Shown piece by piece: positions 26,649 through 39,643 of a stretch of 64,000 nt of DNA (position 1 is its first letter; every line of letters starts with the position of its first letter). The position numbers and the translations under genes are program-made. Source of the stretch: the human T2T-CHM13v2.0 reference genome, Homo sapiens; the NCBI RefSeq assembly GCF_009914755.1, contig NC_060926.1; one strand, given 5' to 3'. A model generated the notes under the pieces. It was not told the origin of the DNA and did not search any database. It saw only the letters and a program-made list of their open reading frames with translations.

Positions 26649-28394
26649 TTAAAAAATAAAAACGATTGAGAATGAACTGTCATTGTTACAAATAGTTATA
26701 AAAATATTATAAATAAAACTAAGCATAATTACTTTTAGGTGTTACAGCTCGTCTGGATCCATGGTTAGGGTTTAGAGGACTGAAAGAAAGAGTATTTGCT
26801 CAATCATATTAAAACCTAACTTGCTGATATGCCGCCTTATTCTAAATTGCAAGTTTCATAAGCACTAAAAATTGGCTGACCTACTTCACCATAGTAATTG
26901 AAAGGGATTATTACTGACGATTAGCAAGCAAGCAATGGTAATAGATAATTTACTTTCCAAATATTTTGCAAGCAAGCGCATTTTTTTTTTCAAAAAAGAA
27001 AACACATTAGACAGTTGTTTCTTGGCAAATTACAATGCATCTTTTATTTCTTGACAAATAATTCATACTGCAGTGTTTTTTACAGCCTGTAATTCTAATG
27101 TGGCTGTTACATTTGTTATGTCTACAGACACTTTGTCAGGATAAGTATTCAGTACAATGCATAGGGACTTATCCACGCAGCGCTCATTATAGCCGATAGT
27201 CCCAAGATCATGGCCTGGGCAAAGCTCAGAGAGGAGGCCTTTTATAGCCAGATTTTGTCCTTCAAGGGAAAATGGAGTCATTTTCTATGTAAATGTTAAA
27301 ACTCTTCCAGCCTCAGATAGTCTATTACAGCCTTTCCAAGGTGTTTTCTTTTCTATCCTTAGTGAAAAATATAGTAAAATCATGGCATATTTTTCTCATC
27401 CCACACAAAGGAACAGAAATCACTATATCTTTAGCAAAGGCTAAGTAAGGTGAAGGATGGAAGAGGCTCTGATGATTCACGATGTATTATTGGATAACAC
27501 CTTCATTTTCGGGAAAACTATATTTTGAGTTTAAATTAATTATTACTTATTGGATTATATTTCTGGTCAATATGCCATTGTTTAGCACTCTGTTCTCTAA
27601 TTACAACCTTGTCATACAATTTCTATGACTTATATCACTATCAGGTTAAGTTTAATGCAAAATACATATTAGGTAATCCAAAACTACTTGAATGAATTTA
27701 GTCCTCTGTGGTTTTCTGCAAAGGCACTGCATTAATGAGTTTTTCAGTGTCAATAAATCATTTTCTTTGCTTATCCCCAGAAAAATACATTGTTTTCTGC
27801 ATAGAAAAGAAATTATAGTAGTAATTAAAGCACACGATTTGCCAAAAACTCTGGTAGCAGTATGCTGCTCTTTGTTCTAATGGAAAGCCTGGACTATTCT
27901 AAAGTCATGGACCTGTGTTAACATGGTTTCTTTTTCTTGGAATAGTACTCAGACACTGTTTGTTATATGAATGAGTGAATATATGAGTGAGAGAATGAAC
28001 GAGAGTCCTTCTCTCTACCTTCTGTCTGGATCTACGGTATTCTTTAGAGCTCACCCTTACTGCTGTGACTTAGCCACCAAACACCTGTAGTTATACTTTG
28101 TGCATCTTCCCACACATCAGGAATCCGGCTTTCTGTTCAGTAAATATCTAATGAATTAATGACCCAGCTGACAGCAGTTTACTTGCCCTCTCAATAGATT
28201 GTGGCACTATTGACACTATGTCCTTCTTGAAATAAACTGTATTCTTGCCTGATTTTTCTGCTACCCTCTAGCTATTTCTTCTCAGACTCCTTTGGCAATT
28301 TGTTCTGGGCCTTCTTCTTTTTCTACATTCTTAGTTAATTTCATCCATCACTTGAGTTTTATATACTATGTAGGATAATGCCCTCTAGGGCCAT

Positions 28395-28835
28395 GCATGT
28401 TATAGTAAGTGAAATAAGCCTGACACAGGAAAAAAACATGACCTCACTTGTATATGGACACTTTTTTTAAAGGCCTAATATAAAGAGATGGAGAATAAAA
28501 TGACAGAGTTTTGGAGCGTAGAAAATGGAAGATGTGGGTAAAGGAGACAAAATAGAAAACATGTATGATGAACAAGTCAAAAGATCTAACAACAAGAGGA
28601 CTATAGTTAATAATGGTGTATTATATTCAGGATTTTTGCTAAATGAGTAGATTATAGCTGCTCTTGCCGTGAGAAGTGGGGAAGGCAAAAATGGGTAACT
28701 ACATGAGATGATGGATATGTTAACTTGTTCCACTATAGTCAACATTTTACTATATATATATACATATATATGTATCTTTTATAATATCATATTGTATACC
28801 TTAAATATATACAACTAAATGTATTTTTAAAAAAT
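28395..28835 (+). mobile_element. L1 3' fragment (L1MA7-like) within L2
   Basis: aagtgaaataagcc...gatttttgctaaatgagtagattatagctgctcttgcc. Confidence 0.8.
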
Positions 28836-28917
28836 AGATAGTATCAAAATGTTGAAAACCCTCCAAATTTTATTTCTTTCTCAGACCAATCTTCAATCTT
28901 CTGAGCTCTGAACTTCA

Positions 28918-29022
28918 TTTATATTATTATTTATTATATATTATATAGATTTATATATACATATATAACTTCATATATATTTATATATATATAACTTCAC
29001 ATATATGTGTATTTATATATAT
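28918..29022. repeat. (TA)n-rich low-complexity tract
   Basis: Direct read. Confidence 0.9.
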
Positions 29023-29024
29023 GG

Positions 29025-29418
29025 TGCATCTTCTCCATTCCAGGTGTCATAACAAAATACCACAGACTGGATAGCTTAAACAATAGGAATTTATTTTTCA
29101 CAGTCTGGAGTTTGGGAAGTCCCAGATCAAGATACCAGCTGATTTAGTTCCTTAGTGAGGGCTCTCTTCCAGGCTTACAGATGGCAGATGCCCTTCTTGA
29201 TGAATTAGTACCCTTATAGGAAGAGAAACCAGAAAGCTTGCTTCCTCCATCTCTCTCCACCATATGAAGACACAGCAAGAAGCACATCATGAGCACCCTA
29301 CCCTCAGATCTCGTTTAAACTTAATTACCTCCCAAAGACTCGGTCTTCAAACGCTGTCATGGTGGGAGTTAGGGTTTCACCATGTGAGTGGTGAGGCGAT
29401 ACAATTTAGCCCATAGCA
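29025..29418 (-). mobile_element. MLT1A-like solo LTR with internal inversion
   Basis: cataacaaaataccacagactgg...taattacctcccaaag...ccatagca. Confidence 0.85.
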
Positions 29419-29429
29419 CCAGGTAATCT

Positions 29430-29810
29430 CTCCATGGATACAGACTGAACAAAACTGATACAGGATCCTTTCTTACAGAACTACATTCTAGTTAAGGAAA
29501 GCAAACAGTAACCCAGTAAACAAAAATAAATGATTTCAATTATTATGTATCAGTAAAATATAAAGGTTAAAAAGTAAAATAAATAAGATAATTTCAGATA
29601 GTGATAAATGCGCTGAGGAAAAGAAACAGGGTAGTGTGACAGTAAAACTAGAATGGGATCAGGAGTTTAAAGGGCATGAGAAATAGGGCTAGTCTTTGTA
29701 GGAATGTGAACATTTAAGTCCTGGATCTGAATAATGAGAAGGAACAAGCTAAAATTTAGGGCAACAGTTTTCTAGGGAGAACCAACCCTGAGCTTGGCTA
29801 CTTTGAGAAA
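29430..29810 (-). mobile_element. LINE-2 fragment
   Basis: ctacattctag...ataatttcagatagtgataaatgcgctgaggaaa. Confidence 0.65.
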
Positions 29811-30239
29811 CATAAATAATTTTATAAACAAGGCTATAACCGGCATACCTAATTGGCTACCTAAAAGACATTTTGTGAGTCTAATCTTAAAACCAGTTCC
29901 AGATCACCCCCTAGAAATGTATATCTTTCCTGATCTTCCCTACCTCAGTAAATGGTTCTACCATGCACTTAATTGATTAAGCAAGACTTCTAGGAGTGAT
30001 TTCTGTTATCTCTCCACTTCTCACTTCCAACATGCAATCCTGCTCCAAGACCTATCTCCAAAATACATCTGTTCACTTTTCCCCCTTACAACAACACCAA
30101 TACAAGTCACCATGATTTCTCCACAGGAACTATTTCAATTATATATTAATCATTCAGATTGTTCACACTCTTGACTCCTTCAAGCCATTTCACACAAGAC
30201 TGAGGGGGATGATCATTTAAAAATCCAAATTGTTGGGTG

Positions 30240-31693
30240 ATGCAACAGCAATCAAGACAGAAGTATCTGAATAAAAAAAAAGAGACATATACATAAATGG
30301 AACTGAATAGACAATCCAGACATAAACCCACAAATTTATGCTCAAGTGCTATTTGACAATATTTCTAAGAAAATTCAATTGAGAAAGAATAATTTTTTCT
30401 ACAAATTATGCTGGGACAACTGAGAATCTTCATGCAAAAAAAAAAAAAGAAAGAAAGAAAAGAAAAAGAAAAGAAAAGAAATTAGATGAATTCTTTCTAC
30501 CACACAGATAAATTCACTCGAACTGGATTTTTGACCTAAATATGAGAGATAAAACTATAAAAAATCTTAGAAGAAAATATGGGAATAAATCTCCATGACA
30601 TTTGGTTAGGCACTCATTTCTAAGATATGACAAGGAAAAGCATACGTGATAAAGAAGAAACAGTTAAATTGAACTTTGTCAAATTAAAAGCTTTTGTGCT
30701 GCAAATAATACCACAAAGGAAGTGAAAGACAGCCCACAGAATGGGAGAAAATATTTGCAGATCATATATTTGTTAAGGAACTTGTACCTAGAATATAAAA
30801 AGACCTCTTAAAATGCAATTATGAAAAAAAAACAGATTTTAAAATGAGCAAAGGATTTTAACTGACCTTTCCCCAAAGAATATGTATCAAGAAATGATAA
30901 GCACATGAAAATATGTCAACATTCTTGATTATTAGGAAAATGAACATCAAAACCAAGATGAGATACCACTTTATACCACTTTAAGGTGGCTATAATTAAA
31001 AAGACAATAGGAAGTGTTAGCAAGAATGTAGAGAAATTGGAACTTGTAAACAGCGGACAGGAATGTAAAACTGCGCAGCCACTTTGTAAAGTGTTATGTC
31101 AGTTTCCCAAAATGTTAAATATAAAGTTACTATATGACATAACAGTTGCACTCCTCAGTATACATGGAACAGATATAAAAATATATGTCTGCATAAAAAT
31201 TTGTACTTGAAAGTTCATAGCGGCATTATTCATAATAGCTAAAATGTAGACACAACTCAAGCATCAATTAACTGATAAATGGGTAAATAAATGTGGTATA
31301 TCCATACAACAAATTAATGTTCAACAATACAAATAATTGAAGTACTGATACATGCTACAACATAGCTGAAGCTTAAAATCATTATGCTAGATGAAAGTAG
31401 CCAATCACAAAAGGCCAAATATTGTGTAATTTTATTTATGTGAAATTCTAGAATAGGCAAACCTATAGAAACAGAAAGTAGGTTAGTAGTTACCTAGGGC
31501 TTGGGGAGGGGGAATGGGGAGTGACTGCTAATGAATATGGAGGATTTTTTGAGGGGAAAACAAAAAACATTTTCAAGTTAGATTGCAGTGATGATCATAA
31601 AAATGCATGAATATACCAAAAGGCATTAAATTGTATGCTTTAAATAAATGAATTGTATGCTTTATGAGTAATATCTCAATAAAGCTGTTCAAA
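30240..31693 (+). mobile_element. L1MB-like 3' portion (ORF2 end and 3'UTR)
   Basis: ORF2 C-terminal remnants (agataccactt, ggctataatt), ending tatctcaataaagctgtt. Confidence 0.85.
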
Positions 31694-32009
31694 ATTGTTA
31701 GGCGATGAAGATATTCTGTATTTTATGAGTTACATGTTTGAATCAATTTGTCAAAATTGTATAGTTGAGATTTGTGCACTTCAGAAAATATGAATTTTAC
31801 CTAAAAATAGATATAAAGTAATAATCAAGTAAGGGTAGAGAATAAAGGATAGTATAGGTAAAACAAAAATAGCAGAATGTTAATAATTGTTGAAGGTCAA
31901 TAATAGGTACAGAATGGTTTATTATAATATTCAGTTTATTTTGCATGTATTTAAATTATTCCATCTTATGTTTTAAAGTATATATTATATGCATAAATAT
32001 ATATTTCTG

Positions 32010-32490
32010 CATAGCACTTTTCAAAGGCCTCTCTACTGTGGACTATAGAACCCTGCATGATTTAGCCCGCTGCCTCCCCGCCTCACCTTGTGCCCCTCTT
32101 CCACAGTTTTGCTCTGCCTCGTCACCTGGGCTTCTTTTTCTTCCTCTCCGCGGGTGCAGGAATACTCATCCTTTCATCCTTTCTCTGATTCTCCCTTCAT
32201 ATTTTGGGCCGCAGCCTATAAGTAACTTCCTCAGAGAGGCATTCTATTTCCATCAAACTCTCTCTCGTGGCTCCCAACTTTTTGTTCTTTTTTTCAAAGA
32301 ACATACCACAATATGCAATTATATATTTATTTATATTTTTATTTGGTTTTTCTCAGTAGGATCTAAACTTCATGAGGTCAGAGATCTTTTTCTATTTTGT
32401 CCTACGCTGGCTATTTTCTGCCTAGAGTTTGCGTGCCAACACATTAGTAAATAATAGTTTTTACACAGAAGTAAAGAATAAGTGAGTATA
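32010..32490 (+). mobile_element. LINE-2 3' fragment
   Basis: ccctgcatgatttagccc...acttcctcagagagg...taaacttcatgaggtcagaga. Confidence 0.65.
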
Positions 32491-33219
32491 ATTTTAGATG
32501 GCTCATCTTATGAAGAATTTCTAAAACCAGATTAGACCATGGAAGAACTAAAGTTTCAGAATGTATATCCTGTTTTTTTAATGTTTCAGTGATACTTTTT
32601 CTATCAGCAACTTTTTATATAAAAACTCATTACTCAGGGATTTTTAAGATGGTAATTTAAAACATTTTAGAGTGAGGTTGAAATTTCAAGGAAATCGTAA
32701 ACTGTATTACCAAGAATTATTTTTTCTGATGCCAGAGGGAATTTTTTAAGAATATAATCCTATGGCTATTGTTTTGTAGCTTAATGAACTCAAAGTGAGG
32801 AAATAAGCACAGCTGCTGGCATTTAAAGCTATCAATAGGTAAACAAGGCGAGAAAACAAGTAATAAACCTTGCTTTCATTTTTGATTGCCAGGAGTAGAT
32901 TAGAATTGTTAAGAAAAAGATGGAGCAAAATGTTGGGGTATTGTTAATTAAAAAAAAACCTAGTATATATGCTTAAAATATTCTTAAAGCAATGGATGTG
33001 ATGAAAGATACATATTAAATACCTAGGTGTTACATTTTTCAACTGCCAGTGAAAATTCTGAACATTTTGGATGCACTTAATTTTTAAAAGAGCAGAAATT
33101 AAATAGTTTATACTGTGGTAAACTATAATCCTTAATATTCTTAACAAAAATATATTTTCCTTAACAATATTGAAATGTTTTTTACGCAGTATATATTTTA
33201 TATGAGGTAGCTACATTAT

Positions 33220-33382
33220 TCTGCTTTTCAAACTTTAATGTGCAAAATAATTCAGGGGAATCGTATAAAATGAAGATTTTGATTCAGTAGATCTTGGATG
33301 GGGCCTACACTTCTGCATTTCTAGCAATTTCCCAGATGATGCCAATGCTGTGGGTCCAGAGACCACACTTTGCTCAGTAGTG
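33220..33382. mobile_element. MER5B-like
   Basis: tcaaactttaatgtgca...gattcagtag..ggggcc..tctgcatttcta..gaccacacttt. Confidence 0.8.
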
Positions 33383-34477
33383 ATCAGCACACTATTGAAC
33401 TTTATTGGCAGAGGTAGTTCCATTACTAAAAATTGTAACTAGACAGTACCTTGAAGATCATTTAGTGCTTTCCTGCCTTCAGGAGAGGAACATCTATCAT
33501 GAGGGCAGATGGCTTTTCTCTTTTTGAAGATCTTAAGAAAATGCCAAACTGCTTAATTTGCATCCCATTATAGTGTTTATTCACTTTGATCCTTAAGGAT
33601 CACATATCCTGGTAAAAGTGGCAAATATATAGGCATGTGAACCACTGAAAAATAATACAAGGTAATAGATGACTATGGGCTACTGAAACCCTTGGCTCTT
33701 GATTCAAATATATCTTTCTCTATGTCATTTTTAACTTGATTTTTATCTTTATTCTGTTCATATTATTATATATATAATCATATGCTACATCAAATAATTG
33801 TTTGAATTATAAAAATACAAGTTAGGGAATGCTACATGAGTGTTTTACATAGTAAGTCTGACAGAAATTCAGAGAAAGAGAAAAGTCTAGAAATCACCAG
33901 ACATTGCCCTAGAATGCTTCTTTTAGGAGGTGTTTTTAAGCTGGGTCTGTAGCAACAAGAGTGAAGTATAGAAAGGAAGGACAAATAAGGTGTGTCAGCT
34001 AAAGAATAAGTGGAATAACTGGGTAGAGCAAAGTGTTGGGAGATAATAAGAAATTAAATAGAGGAAAAATTTAAAAGTAAAATTGGAGTTAGGCAGTAGA
34101 AAACTTTCAGGAGTAAGACTCAGTGATTTGCCTACTCTTCCAAAGGCAGTGGGAGTCATGGGAGGTTTTCTGTGGGCAAATGACAAGATGAAAGCACAGC
34201 TGAGCAGGCTGGTAGGAGCCAGAAAGAGCTGGAGTCAGGGAGCCCATCACCCTACAAGCGTATAGAACCCTGCCATAGACATGGAAGTGCAGGGAGAGGA
34301 AGTAGCTTTGGAGAAGATGTATTTGGACCAAAAATCTGAATTTGGTCTAACATAAATGTTCCCAGCTTTAAGTCTATTATGTTTGCTTGATTTCTGTAAA
34401 CATAGGAGAAAACGATTAGACTCTGAATAAACTAAAAAACTCTAAATCTAGATATGTTAGAAAACAATAGGTTTTTT

Positions 34478-34590
34478 TAATGTAAATGACGAGTTGATGG
34501 GTGCCACAAACCAACATAGCACATGTATACCTATGTGTACGTTGTGTGCATGTACCCTAGAACTTAAAGTATAATAATACAAATAAAAAT
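34478..34590 (+). mobile_element. ~110-bp L1PA 3' end
   Basis: tgtaaatgacgagttgatgggtg...gtaccctagaacttaaagtataataat; TSD aaacaataggttttt / aaataatagggtttt. Confidence 0.85.
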
Positions 34591-34667
34591 AAATAATAGG
34601 GTTTTTACTCTTTACTAGATTTTTTTAAACCTTTCAGAACGTTTAATGCTTGGCTCAGTTAGCCTAA

Positions 34668-34745
34668 AACACACAAACACAAACACAAACACAAACATGC
34701 ACACACAGATACATACACAAATACATAACACATGCACACACATGT
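34668..34745. repeat. CA-rich simple repeat
   Basis: Direct read. Confidence 0.85.
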
Positions 34746-36280
34746 TCTCTCAACCTTGCTCTTCACTTCTTTTGCCATTCTACTTCTCTCCTTCTTTAGC
34801 TGCTCTGTGTAAAGATGAATCTACACTCATGGCCTGCCCTTCAGCATTTTGCAAATTTACTCCTTAAACGTGTTGCACTCTGGCTTTTGTGTCCTCAACC
34901 CCCACACACAGTTGAAATTTTGCTGAAGAATAATTTACTAATTTTCAAATTGAGTAGCCTAAACAAATTTTTACTATGAAAAATTTCAAATATAAAGGCA
35001 AATAGCAATATAATGAACTTTGTGTCGCCATCATTTATACTCAAAAATTACCAAGACTTTGACACATTTGCTTCATTTTCCTTTCCTCTATTGAATTGCT
35101 AGAAAACACACCCCAAACATCATGTCATTTCGCTGCTACACATTTAGATACTTTATTTCTAAATAAATATGGACATTTTCTTTTACAATTATAATGTCAT
35201 TATCAACCATAATAAAATTAACAATTACTCCTTAATATAATCTGATACCCAGTACTGTAATCAAATTTCTCCCAATTATCTCAAAAAGATTATAATTATT
35301 TTGTTTGAATCAGGATCTAAACAAGGTCCACACAAGACAATTTCCTGATAAGTCTCTGAAGCCTCTCATAATCAAAAGCATTTATTCCTAGCTTCTGTTC
35401 CCTCCTTTTTCTTCTCTCTGCCTCTGACTTGCTAAAGAAACTGGGTCAATTGATTTGAAGAATATCCCACAATCTGGATTTGTCTGTTTGCTTTCTTGTG
35501 GTATCATTTTGATTGTTCTTTTTCCTGTTGTATTTGCTGTACATAGGGATTACCTTTAGATGCTTGTTTAGATTCAAGTTCAGCATTTTATAGCAAATAA
35601 TTTATAGGTGATCCTATGTGCTTCAAACTACATCAAATCAGCAGGCCCATAATGTCTTAAGTCCTATTTTTAGTGCTGCTAAGATTGATCAATGGGTGTC
35701 AAGTATTGACAGCCTGACCTCTCCATCAACTGTTCACCGAATGGTTCATCCATGTTGGGTTTTGCCTAAATCACTTTACATCATTAGAGTTTGAAAACTG
35801 AATTTCTAATTCTATTATCCATTGCAAATTTCTGGAGTTTATTTATAAACAGGTACTTTTCCTCCCTCATCAGCAGGGCTATTTGGGTAGCCTGCAATGT
35901 CGTTTATACAGGAAAGGCAGAACAAATGCTTACCTCTTTCCTTTTAATTGACAGTTTTGAAAGTAAGGCATTGGTATTTAGTTACTTTAAATGGTATCCA
36001 ATGAGATATCATCTCCACCCTCTCACTTTCGAGTTCTCTATTTTTCTCCACCTCTGTCTCTTCTAAAGGACCATTTTGAATTCATAAGACAGTACTTAAC
36101 TGTTTTAACCAATTGCATCATTATTTTTGATGCTCAAATTGTTTCATCTTTGGTCAGTTGGAAGTCTTTCATGTTGTCCACTGGGTCCTTGGATGGAGAC
36201 CTTGCCTTCCAATCCATCAAGATTTTTCAGGCTCATATTGTATAATTCCTCCCCCTGATGTGTAATTTTTTCCGTGAAAC

Positions 36281-36661
36281 TGTTACCAAAATATCAAGGG
36301 AGTGGTCTAGGTCCTGTTGCTCATTGCCCAAAAAGCCTATCACTGAGAAAACGAGTATTGCTAGGGAAGAAGGCTTTATTTGGATGCGGAAGCTGTGGAG
36401 ACAGGAGATAAGTCTCAAATCCATCTCCTCAATTGACTCCATTTGGGGCATTATGTAGTGGGGACAGATGTAGCTATGTGTGGGAAAACAGGAATTCGAA
36501 AGGGGTAAGAAAGGGGAGTTTCAGTTCCTTGATACCCCCTGGGAAGCCTGAGGGTCAGTTTCCTGAGGAAGGAACTCAGATAAGACTCAAGCATTAACAC
36601 TGAGAGGGTCAATTTCTATGTTTATCCAAAAACCATCTATGGGACAACTGGGCTGGTTGCA
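36281..36661 (-). mobile_element. MER31-like ERV1 solo LTR (internally deleted)
   Basis: TG...CA ends, 4-bp TSD aaac, ggtctaggtcctg..cactgaga..gggaagaaggcttt. Confidence 0.85.
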
Positions 36662-36802
36662 AAACCCTGATCACTTTTAGTGGAGATTGGTATTAAACTT
36701 TTACAAACTGGCCCTGCATATACTCACCGTAATCGTAAGCTCTGCGTTCACAGGTATCAAACAAAAGTAACTGATTTACCTTAAAGCTAGAAACATTCAT
36801 AC

Positions 36803-37165
36803 TGGACTGAATGGCTTAAACAATAGAAATTCACTTTTTTACAGTTCTGGAAGCTAGAAGTCCAAGATCAAGGTTCCAGCAAGGCTGGTCTCTGATGAGG
36901 CCTCTCTTCCTGCCTTGCAGATAGATGCCCACCTTCCTGCTGTGACCTCACAAGGTTTTCCCTCTGTGTGCACACTGACAGAGAGAGGACGCTGGCATCT
37001 TGTGCCTTCTTATAAGGACACCAGTCCTATTGAATTAGAACCGCACCCTTATGACCTCATTTAACCTAATTACCTCCTTAAAGGCTCTATTTAAATATTG
37101 TCACGTTGAGAGTTAGGCCTTCTATATGTGAACTTAGAAAATGGGGCACAATTTAGTTCGTAATA
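36803..37165 (-). mobile_element. MLT1B/MLT1A-like LTR
   Basis: ggcttaaacaatagaaatt...aagtccaagatcaagg...ataaggacaccagtcctatt. Confidence 0.82.
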
Positions 37166-37651
37166 CTCATTTTTTTATAGATTGTTATTGCTTCTAGGCT
37201 TTTTCAGTGGACAAAGCTAAGAAGAATTTATTTGGAAAAAAAACTTGGTTATGTAAATCTATGTTGCCTTTTCTAATTTAAATGTAAATTAAATGATAGG
37301 GTTTTAACCTAATTTCTTGGATTTCATTTTTGTTTCTTTTTCCTTTAGTTTGAAAATCTTGGTTCCTAACAGTTATAACAATTACTCGTTTGCATCATTC
37401 TATCATATACATAAAATAATTTCAAAATAATAATACCAATATTACTACTACTACTAAATAAGATGAACATTTCTTTGAAGCTCTATTTGTCTTAGGATAT
37501 ATTTCAATAAGGGCATACAGTCTTGTGAGGTCACAGCAGGAAGGTGGGCATCTATCTGCAAGTGAATTTAAATAAACTATTTTCTGTGTGTGGTTTTGTT
37601 AACAGTTGGTAGGCACTTTGGATAAATACTTTTGTTAGTTTATTATTTGAG

Positions 37652-37954
37652 GTTTTTGTTTTTTTTTTTTCCAGACAGGTCTCCCTCTGTCACCCAGGCT
37701 GGAGTGCAGTAGCGTGATCTTGGCTCACTGCAGCCTCTGCCTCCCGGACTCAAGCAATGCTCACACCTCAGCCTCCTGAGTAGCTGGGACTACAGGTGCA
37801 CGCCACCACTCCAGGCTAATTCTTGTATGTTTTTTGTAGAGACAGAGTTTCGCCATGTTGCCCAGGCTGGTCTCCAACTCCTAGACTCAAGCAATCTGCC
37901 TGCCTCAACCTCTCAAACTGGAAGATCAAAGGCATGAGTCACTGCACGTAGCCC
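37652..37954 (-). mobile_element. AluJ
   Basis: Reverse-complement dimer with poly(T). Confidence 0.92.
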
Positions 37955-38580
37955 AGAATTTATTTCTTAATTATTTTTTTGAGAAGGAAAAACACTTGTA
38001 TTTCCAAAATCAAAATTACATAACATGGAATATTCAGAGAAGTCTTACCTTTATTCCTGTTTCCTCTACCATATTTCCCCTCTTCTCTTCTAGATAAATA
38101 TTTTTTTTAAGTTGACATTTTATTTATCCTTCCTTGGTTTATTTTTACTAGGCTAGCAGGATTGTTTTAACAATGACAATCTCAGCTCTGTATCTTTTTA
38201 TTTTTTTGTTTGTACATAGTCCGCTTCTGTGCCTTTTATTTTTGCGTTCAACATATTCTAATGAAATCTGTCCTGGTTTTATGTTAAAACTTTTCTTAAC
38301 ATGTTCATTTTGAATATTATTTATTTTCAAAGTACAAGCAAACTTCAAAAATATAAAAAATGTAAAAGGTTTGGTCTCTAACTGAATAGAATATCATCTA
38401 AGACCTATTCACTGATGTTTTACTAGTTACAATAAATCACTCACACTTTCAGGTGAGAAAATATAGCAATTTTTAAAAAACAGACAAAATCTTAATCAGG
38501 GAACTGGGGCTTCTAGTTAAAGTAGACAGATGATGAACAAGTACCTAAATAATATATAAAATGAATATGCAACATGCAAG

Positions 38581-39041
38581 TCATATCCATTTCCCAGGGC
38601 TGTCACAACAAAGGACCACAAATTGAGTGGATGAAAACAACAGAAATTTATTCCCTCACAGTTCTAGAGGCTAACAGTCTGAAATCAAGGTGACAGCCAG
38701 GCCATGCTTTCTTGGAAGCCTCTAGGGGAGGGTCCTTCCTGGCCTCTTCCAGCTTATGGTAGCCCCAAGTGTTCCTTGCCTTGTGGCAGCCTAACTCCAA
38801 TCTCTGCCTCCATTTGCTTATGGCATTCGCCCTGTGTGTCTCTCTGTGTCTGCATATGGCTATTTTCTTAGAAGGACATCAGTCATATTGGATTAGGAGC
38901 CCACCCCTACTCCAGTAGGACCTCATCTCAACTAATAACATTGGAAATGACACTATTTCCAAATAAGGCCACATTCTCCAGTCCTGAGGGTTAGGATTTC
39001 AACATGTATTTTTTTGAGGGAACACAACCTAATCTACAACA
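38581..39041 (-). mobile_element. MLT1C-like solo LTR
   Basis: aaaacaacagaaatttattccctcacagttct...ctatttccaaataaggccacattc. Confidence 0.85.
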
Positions 39042-39587
39042 TTAGGTATTGGTAAATATTACAAAGAAAACAAAGTAGAACAAGGAGGATAAAGAAGACA
39101 CGGCAGTAGTATTGAAGGAACATGAGATGTGATGAAATTTTGAGCATTTTTTTAAGATAACATTTTTCAGAAATCATGGATAGATATGACATATTATCAA
39201 GGATTATTCCAGGTTTTTTGTCTAAGTCACTGGAAGAATAAAGGCACCATTTGCTGGGTAAAAATTAAAAAGTAAAAGTTTTGAGGGAGTAATTAAGACT
39301 TGAGGTTTTGATCAATTTTAAGATGCCGGTTGGACACACAAATGGAGATGACAAATAAGCAGTTGGGTATACAAATAAAGACTCTAGAGGAGTGGCTCGG
39401 ACAGGAAATATAAATTTGGGGGTCATCAGTGACAAATTATATTAAAAGCCATGAGACTGTATAAGATCATACAGAGACTGAGAATGATTAGTGACTTGGC
39501 TTTTAGTAGAACCAAAGTTTGGAGATTGGAAAAATAAAGAGGCACTTGCATCGAAAACTGAGAAACATTGGCCTGTGACTTAGAAAA

Positions 39588-39643
39588 AGTCTCAAATGAC
39601 TAAGTCTCAAATGACTAAGTCTGAGTCTCAAATGACTAAGTCT
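39588..39643. repeat. 15-bp tandem repeat (agtctcaaatgacta x3 plus partial units)
   Basis: Three identical units. Confidence 0.92.

Larger units (their letters stand above)
34968..38380 (-). mobile_element. old L1MC-like 3' region, interrupted by MER31, MLT1B and AluJ
   Basis: aaaatttcaaatata...atataatgaac, gaatcaggatc, gatgctcaaattg motifs typical of L1MC4/5 3'UTR. Confidence 0.65.

Noticed and set aside
30436-30482. A/GAAAA tract as the tail of a separate insertion
   Set aside because: Sits at an A-rich position of a collinear L1MB ORF2; simple repeat expansion.
31945-32454. 169-aa ORF
   Set aside because: Runs through L1M/L2 remnants, has low-complexity F/L/I-rich composition and no splice or homology support.
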